A DNA stretch of 64,000 nt from positions 128,001 through 192,000 of the forward strand of contig JAXHVD010000003.1 of assembly GCA_034189385.1 (NCBI GenBank), read 5' to 3'. The position numbers and the translations under genes were made by a program. The DNA is from Thermodesulfobacteriota bacterium. GTDB lineage: Bacteria; Desulfobacterota; Desulfobacteria; Desulfobacterales; C00003060. This document shows, in pieces, positions 57,620-64,000 of the stretch (within the stretch, counting starts at the first letter, position 1; every line of letters begins with the position of its first letter). Under the pieces are notes generated by a model. The model was given only the letters and a program-made list of their open reading frames with translations, ran no database searches and was not told the DNA's origin.

Positions 57620-60600
57620 CTAAACAACAGCATGAATTTGTGCCCTGATTTGATGTTGACTAAAATGACACATATCAACGGCTTTTGACGGACAGCTCGC
57701 AGCACAAAGGCCGCAACCCTTACAGGATGCAGTAATGTTTTCAGCCTTCATTTCACCATGAAGCTCCACTAGGTGGATGGCATCGAAGGGACACACCCTT
57801 TCACAGATGCCGCATCCATTGCACATATCCGTATTCACCACAGATACAATGGGCTCGATCTCCACTGCATCTTTCATTAAGATATTTGCAGCCCGGGCAG
57901 CAGCGGCTTTGGCCTGGGCAATAGACTCCTCAATCGGTTTAGGATATTGACAAAGCCCTGCCAAGAACAGGCCTTGAGTGGCAAAATCAACGGGCCTGAG
58001 CTTCATATGGGCCTCCAAGAAGAAGCCTTCTTCGGTGGTGGACACTTTATAGAGTTTGGAAAGGGCCATGTTGTCATTTGGTAAAATGGCAGTGGCAAGG
58101 CAGATCATGTCTGGAAGGATTTCAAGGGGTCTTTGCAACACGTGGTCCGTAATCCTCAGCTTGAGTCTGCCATTTTTCCTCTCAACCGTAGGTTCATTTC
58201 CCAGGTTGTAGCGAATGAACAGCACGCCTTTGGCTCTGGCCTCTGTGTACAACTCCTCCCTGTCCCCAAAGGTCCTGATATCCCGATAGAGGATATATAT
58301 ACGCATATGGGGATTGAGCCGTTTCAGGGCCAACGCACTGACCATAGAATGGGTGCAGCAAACCTTACTACAATAGGGTCTTTCAGGTATTCTGGATCCT
58401 ACGCACTGGATGAAGACAACGCTCTTGGCGTTGCTGATCCGTTTACTACGGCCCACGATCTCTTGATCAAGTTCCAGGGGCAGCAATACATCTGGGTCTC
58501 TTCCATATAGATATTCCCTGGGCTTATAGGGTTTGCCGCCAGTCGTCATGATGACTGCCCCGTGCTGCAATTCTGTCTCTTTGCCCTCCTCGTCAAGGAG
58601 CGTGGAGGAAAACCCTCCCACAAAACCAGAGGCGTCCTTGATGGTTGTCCGAAGCCAAAGAGTGATCAATGGATGCTCACGGACCTTTTTGATGAGGTCT
58701 TCTACATAAGCCCTTATATCTTCGCCTTTATAGGTGGTGTCAAGATGGAGGGCCTGACCGCCCAGTCTATTCTCTTTTTCGACGAGATCGGTCTTGAACC
58801 CTTGCTCAGCCAGACTTAAAGCGCTCACCATGCCTGCCACGCCCCCACCGATCACCAACCCCTGGTGGTTGACCGGTACAGATATGTCCGCCAGCGGCCT
58901 GATGAGCCTTGCCTTGGCCACAGCCATTCTGACGAGGTCTTTGGCCTTTTTGGTAGCTGCATCCGGCTGTTCCATGTGGACCCAGGAGCATTGATCACGG
59001 ATATTTGCCATCTCAAAGGTGTATTTATTCAAACCGGCCTCGCGGAGTGTTTCTCTAAACAGGGGCTCATGGGTCCTTGGCGTGCAGGAGGCAACGACCA
59101 CCCGGTTAAGGTCATATTCTTTGATGTGTTCCCTTATCCTGTTTTGGGTATCCTGGGAGCAGGTGAAAAGATTTCTATCTGCTACGACGACATTGGGAAG
59201 GGTCCGCGCATATTCAGTGACTTCAGGGACGTTGACCACGCCCCCAATATTGATCCCTCAATGGCAAACAAAGACGCCTATGCGCGGTTCCTGACCAAGG
59301 ATCTCTTTTTCAACAGGATACTCCTTTTTCTTCACCAGCGTATTTCTTGCCGGCGCCAGGAGGCCCATGGCAGAATCGGCTGCAGCACTCGCCTCCATGA
59401 CCGTACCTGGGATGTCCTTTGGTCCTTGAAATGCTCCGCACACATAGACCCCTGGCCTTGAAGTCTCTACAGGAGAAAGGCACTGCGTCTTTGCAAAAAG
59501 GTGGTTATCCAGCTCTATATGGAGCCGCTCAGCCAAAGCTTCAGCCTTGGCAGGAGGCATGAGGCCAATGGAAAGGACCACCATGTCAAATACTTCCTCT
59601 TTCCTCTCGCCTGTTTCACTGGCATAGACCAGCTTGAGGTCCCCACTGTCTGCCACGGGCTCTATGGAGTGTATCCTTGACCTGATAAACCGGACACCAA
59701 ATTCATCCTTGGCCCGGTTATAGTACTTCTCAAAATCTTTGCCGTAGGTCCGCATATCCATGAAGAAGATGGCTGTATCTAATGGCAACGAGCTGTGTTC
59801 CTTGGAAATGACGGCCTCTTTGATGGCGTACATGCAGCACACAGCAGAGCAGTACCCTTGGTCACATTGGTTTATATTCCTTGAACCCACACATTGAAGC
59901 CAAGCGATCTTTTTCGGTTCTTTTTCGTCAGACGGGCGCACAAGGTGGGCCTTGTAAGGACCGGAGGCACTCAGAATACGCTCGAATTCCATGCTCGTGA
60001 CCACGTTGGGAAAGCGGCCATGCTGATAGAGATCATCGCCTGAAGGATCGTATGGCTCAAAACCTGGGGCCAGGATGATGGACCCAACATTTAGTTCGAC
60101 TGTTTCATCTTCTTGAGAGTGATCGATGGCATCAGCAGCGCAAAACGCAGTACATATCTTGCATCCACCGGTCTTGAAGTGCATGCAGTATTCACGGTCG
60201 ATTGCCGGCGCCTTTGGCACGGCCTGAGGATAGGGGATGTACACCGGTTTTCGTCCGATAAGCCCCATGTCATACTCAGAGGGAATAGGTTCAACGGTAT
60301 GTTTGGTAATATCTTTTAGCTTGATGTGGCCAGTGGGACAAACCGACGCGCAAGCTCCGCAGGCCATACACAGTTCGGTCTGAATATGGAAAGGGGTATC
60401 CACTCTCATATCCACACCCCTGCCGGTCAGGGTGATGGCACTGTTTCCCATCCTCTCGCAAACACGGACACAAAGACCGCAGAGGATGCAATCATCGTCC
60501 CTCTTCTTAAACCGCGGTTCCTTGATCCCATATCGCGCTGCCAGCTCCTTGACCGTAGGCACGTTCGGACAACGAGCAAGGAGGAGTTCCACGATCAGTT

Positions 60601-60856
60601 TTCGCCCCTCATGGACTGCATCGGTCTCCGTGCGAACCTCCATCCCTTCCTTGATGGGGTAGTTACATGCCGTGACGAAATTGGTCTTACGGCCATCAAA
60701 AACCTCCACCGTACAAAGACGACACATCCCCGCAGGCCCAAGGGCCTTATGGTAGCATAAGGTGGGAATCTCGACCCCGTATCGTTCGGCCACCTGAAGG
60801 ATGTATTCTCCTTCTTCTCCCTGGACGTCTTTTCCATTCAGCTTAAAATGTACCAT
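57620..60856 (-). CDS. hdrA: Fusion of NuoG/HydA N-terminal FeS domains to a tandem HdrA-like flavoprotein; contains Sec
   Basis: IPTLCY..CRLC.VE..ACN [2Fe-2S], CILCGLCVRVC, then HdrA body (EFERILSA, QCVGSR, YCS.VCCMYAIK); IGVFVCH-U(TGA 59258-59260)-GINIGG in frame with 57620-59239 (C.PRTHE, NIRDQC.W.H, GGG.AG, EAH.KLRPVD, C-terminal ferredoxin); hairpin at 59226-59244. Confidence 0.88.
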
Positions 60857-60976
60857 GGATTACTCCCTGTTAACGCGCTGTTGCCCAAATCGCTTTTCGC
60901 TTTGGCTAAAACCTTTTTTGACAAATCTAAAGCTCACTCCAGGCGATGTCAAAACTCGCCCTTTTGGCTCTGCAAC

Positions 60977-62878
60977 TCATTCTATACAGATGGCGTTGAA
61001 CTTACAGGCATTGTAACAGATGCCGCACTTGATGCATTTCTCCTGGTCTATGTGATGGCATTTCTTCTTTTCACCGGTGATGGCCTCCTGCGGACATTTG
61101 AGTGCGCAGAGATGACAGCCGTTACACAGAGCTTCATCAACTTCGTAATGAAAAAGGGCCTTGCAGACACCTGCGGGGCACTTCTGATCCTTGATGTGGG
61201 CCTCGTACTCATCTCGGAAATAGAGGAGCGTCGTTAACACCGGATTGGGGGCTGTTTTGCCTAGTCCGCACAGGGAAAACCTCTTGATCATGGCAGCCAG
61301 CTCCTGAAGGAGTCTGATGTCGCCCTCCCGGCCCTTTCCCTCGCAGATATCACCCAGGATTTCTGCCATCTGGGTAATCCCTTCACGGCAGGGCGTGCAT
61401 TGACCACATGATTCGTTCTTGAGAAAATCCAGGAAGTATTTTGCAATGTTGACCATGCAGGTGTCCTGGTCCATGACGATCATACCGCCCGAGCCCATGA
61501 TCGAGCCAAGCTCGCTGAGCTTCTGGTAGTCTACCGGGGTATCGAGGTACTGTTCAGGGATGCAGCCACCGGAAGGCCCCCCTGTCTGAACAGCCTTGAA
61601 TGCCTTTTTCTTCGGAATGCCGCCGCCTATATCAAAGACGATCTCTCGCAAGGAAATGCCCATGGGGACTTCTACCAAGCCGGTATTTTTCACCTTCCCC
61701 ACGAGGCTAAAGACCTTCGTCCCTTTGCTGTGCTCCGTGCCGATGTTGCCGTACCACTGGGCACCCTTTAAGAGGATCACCGGGACATTGGCATAGGTCT
61801 CAACGTTATTCAGGTTGGTTGGTTTTTCCCTGAACCCTTTTTCCACAGTATGCACATATTTGGCCCTGGGTCTTCCCACTTGACCTTCCAACGAAGCCAT
61901 CAAGGCCGTTGATTCACCACAAATAAAGGCCCCTGCCCCAGTGGAGATCTTGATGCGGAAACCAAAATCAGTCCCCCCTATATGGTCACCAAGCAACCCA
62001 TAGGCCTCTGCCTGCTTGATGGCTGTGACCAGGCGCTTAACCGCCAACGGGTATTCATGCCGCACATAAATGAAGCCTTGATGGGAGCCAATGGCCCGTG
62101 CTGCAATCAACATCCCTTCCAGGACACTGTGGGGGTCGCCTTCCAGAATACTCCTATCCATGTAGGCGCCCGGGTCGCCTTCATCGGCATTGCAGATGAT
62201 ATATCTCTCACCCTTCAGTCTTGCACAACTTTCCCATTTTATTCCTGTTGGAAAGCCAGCACCACCGCGACCCCTTAACCCCGATTCCTTGATGGTCTTA
62301 ATAATCTCAGGGGGGTCGCCTTCCAACAGGCATCGCATAAAGGCTAGGTACCCGCCTTTGGCGATGTACTCTTCGATGCTATCGGGGTCAATATAGCCAC
62401 AATTGCGCAAGGCGATTTTTGTCTGTTTACTGTAAAAGGGGACATCCTCCAAGAAGGGGATCCCCTCGATGGGTGCTGTCTCGGCAAGGGGGTTTTCCAT
62501 GTCTTCTTCTAATAGGGAACGAGGATCGCGCATTTGGGCTAGGATCCACTTTTTATTGAAATCGCCTTGGATGTAGCCTTCAATGGCGTCTAGGATCTTC
62601 TCCTTGGAAAGGTGCCTGTAAACCACTCTCGGCCGCCCCTTTCCGAAGATTTCGACCAAGGGTTCTTCCTGACAGAAACCCAGACAACCGGTCTTGTGGA
62701 TCTCAATGCCAGGGTCCTCTGGAAATGCCTCTAAGGCCTTTTCAAAGGAGGCCTTTGCACCGGCTGCGATGCCACAGGAGGCCATTCCTATGTTCACCGC
62801 GATGCCTTCTGGGTGGTATAGCCTGTTGCTGTAGTCCTGCCTGATCTCTTCCAGGTCTTTAATAGACCCCACTTGCAT
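60977..62878 (-). CDS. nuoF: NuoF/HydB-like flavin (FMN)/NAD(P)H-binding subunit, long form
   Basis: N-terminal thioredoxin-like [2Fe-2S] region, GLRGRGGAGFPTG, CNADEGDPGA, ESCGQC.PCR, C-terminal 2x CxxCxxCxxxC; start refined to ATG 62878. Confidence 0.92.
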   Translation of the reverse strand: MQVGSIKDLEEIRQDYSNRLYHPEGIAVNIGMASCGIAAGAKASFEKALEAFPEDPGIEIHKTGCLGFCQEEPLVEIFGKGRPRVVYRHLSKEKILDAIEGYIQGDFNKKWILAQMRDPRSLLEEDMENPLAETAPIEGIPFLEDVPFYSKQTKIALRNCGYIDPDSIEEYIAKGGYLAFMRCLLEGDPPEIIKTIKESGLRGRGGAGFPTGIKWESCARLKGERYIICNADEGDPGAYMDRSILEGDPHSVLEGMLIAARAIGSHQGFIYVRHEYPLAVKRLVTAIKQAEAYGLLGDHIGGTDFGFRIKISTGAGAFICGESTALMASLEGQVGRPRAKYVHTVEKGFREKPTNLNNVETYANVPVILLKGAQWYGNIGTEHSKGTKVFSLVGKVKNTGLVEVPMGISLREIVFDIGGGIPKKKAFKAVQTGGPSGGCIPEQYLDTPVDYQKLSELGSIMGSGGMIVMDQDTCMVNIAKYFLDFLKNESCGQCTPCREGITQMAEILGDICEGKGREGDIRLLQELAAMIKRFSLCGLGKTAPNPVLTTLLYFRDEYEAHIKDQKCPAGVCKALFHYEVDEALCNGCHLCALKCPQEAITGEKKKCHHIDQEKCIKCGICYNACKFNAICIE

Positions 62879-62891
62879 CGCCTGAAACCCC

Positions 62892-63389
62892 TTAGTGATA
62901 TTCATCCAACACCTTTTGTATGTTTTCCTGGCTGACCCGGCTATAGACGTCTTCATTGATCTTGACGACTGGTCCAAGACTACAGCATCCAATGCAGCGC
63001 ACAGGCTCGAGAGTGAAGCGCATATCTTCCGTTGTTTCTCTGGCGCCCACATGGAGAATCTCCTGGATCCTTTCCCACAGCCTTGCCCCGCCCCTTACAT
63101 GGCAGGCCGTCCCCAGACAGACAGAGATGATGTTTCTGCCTTTGGGGACCAGACTGAAGCTGCTGTAGAACGTACCGACAGCATAGATGAGACTGATCGG
63201 CACCCCTATCTTCTCAGAAAGATAGGTCAAAGATGCCTGGGGCAAGTGGTTATACTGACGCTGAATGGCCTGGAGAATCATGATAAGATTCTCTTTGTCG
63301 TCGTGGAATTCCTCATCTATGATCCGATCAAGTTCCATGTAATCGATCTCAACGGTTTGCTCCATCGTAGATAGCGCTATGTCAGTCAT
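62892..63389 (-). CDS. nuoE: NuoE/HydC-like [2Fe-2S] subunit
   Basis: TFY..F, VCLGTACHV.G, V.C.GCCSLGP. Confidence 0.92.
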   Translation of the reverse strand: MTDIALSTMEQTVEIDYMELDRIIDEEFHDDKENLIMILQAIQRQYNHLPQASLTYLSEKIGVPISLIYAVGTFYSSFSLVPKGRNIISVCLGTACHVRGGARLWERIQEILHVGARETTEDMRFTLEPVRCIGCCSLGPVVKINEDVYSRVSQENIQKVLDEYH

Positions 63390-63620
63390 ATAGGTGTCTC
63401 CCTCACAGGAAAAAGGTCTATTCCCTAGGTGTTGAGAATAATTAGAAATGGCGTACTCGAGGGTGGACTGCAGGTTATTGAAAACTCACCCCTGGCTCCA
63501 TGGATAACGAGCAACAGGAAGGCCTATTTGTTTTCCGTGCACTTCTCTTTCCAAGACTCCGATACGCCATACGCGACGTTTGCCCGTTGGCGAGTCCTTG
63601 TGGACTCGCAACACCAAGAC

Positions 63621-64000
63621 TTATCCATCCATAACCGCTTGATTGGTCACCGGGCAGTTCTCCACACAAAGGCCGCACCCAATACAACGGCTCAAGTCGA
63701 TACTCCGGGCGCGCTTCTTCACCTTTACTCTGAAATTGCCAGCAGAGCCATCCACCGATTCGATGTCGGCATAGGTGATGATTTCGATATTCAGGTGGCG
63801 ACCGCATTCCACCAACTTTGGCGACATGATACACATGGAACAGTCATTGGTGGGGTATGTCTTATCTAGTTGGGACATCTTGCCGCCAATGGCTGGCGTA
63901 TCTTCAAGTAGATAGACATAAAAGCCAGCATCGGCGAGATCAAGGGCAGCTTGGATGCCACCGATGCCACCACCTACCACCAACACGGCACCGACTTTGT
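63621..64000 (-). CDS. hdrA: Stand-alone N-terminal segment of HdrA (FAD Rossmann motif + one ferredoxin motif); 5' end outside the window
   Basis: KVGAVLVVGGGIGG.QAALDLA, IGG.M.QLDKT.PTNDCSMCI..PKL, CIGCGLCVENCP, then a stop after 9 further residues. Confidence 0.88.
   Translation of the reverse strand, partial: KVGAVLVVGGGIGGIQAALDLADAGFYVYLLEDTPAIGGKMSQLDKTYPTNDCSMCIMSPKLVECGRHLNIEIITYADIESVDGSAGNFRVKVKKRARSIDLSRCIGCGLCVENCPVTNQAVMDG

Noticed and set aside
60977..63389. nuoE/nuoF as part of respiratory complex I
   Set aside because: No membrane or Q-module nuo genes; the context is a soluble Hdr/Fdh operon

Overview
Chromosomal window from an anaerobic deltaproteobacterium. A Desulfobacterota/Desulfatiglans-like assignment is inferred from gene content. 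No rRNA, tRNA, CRISPR or intact transposase was recognised. About 1-27 kb is mostly housekeeping: mltD-like LysM transglycosylase, hflX, rpsF-rpsR-DUF2232-rplI-dnaB, archease-rtcB, PBP1A, ttcA, rpoZ, greA, asd, leuB and a ubiB-like gene. PepN and a Clp1-like polynucleotide kinase follow at 27-30.5 kb. About 30.5-52 kb is an accessory light/oxygen-stress island. It holds a desaturase-FAD oxidoreductase-DUF1365-cfa lipid cluster, DUF2177-MFS-DUF1295, two DUF1499 genes, two hidden selenoproteins (peroxiredoxin, rhodanese), class II CPD and FeS-type (6-4) photolyases, a DODA-type dioxygenase and a PEP-utiliser-type phosphotransferase. Four of its transcription units share an unannotated upstream motif, AWTAC-N16-AAATACA-N6-ACCCYAT. 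About 53.8-64 kb is the most striking locus: a putative electron-bifurcating operon. In it an HdrA gene is split inside its ferredoxin insert by a nuoE-nuoF-nuoG(N) cassette, and the NuoG N-terminus is fused to the remainder of a tandem, Sec-containing HdrA. Sec-MvhD and methanogen-type FdhAB follow. Four in-frame UGA (Sec) codons explain ORFs that look broken in the ORF track; three have clear downstream hairpins and the fourth a weak one.
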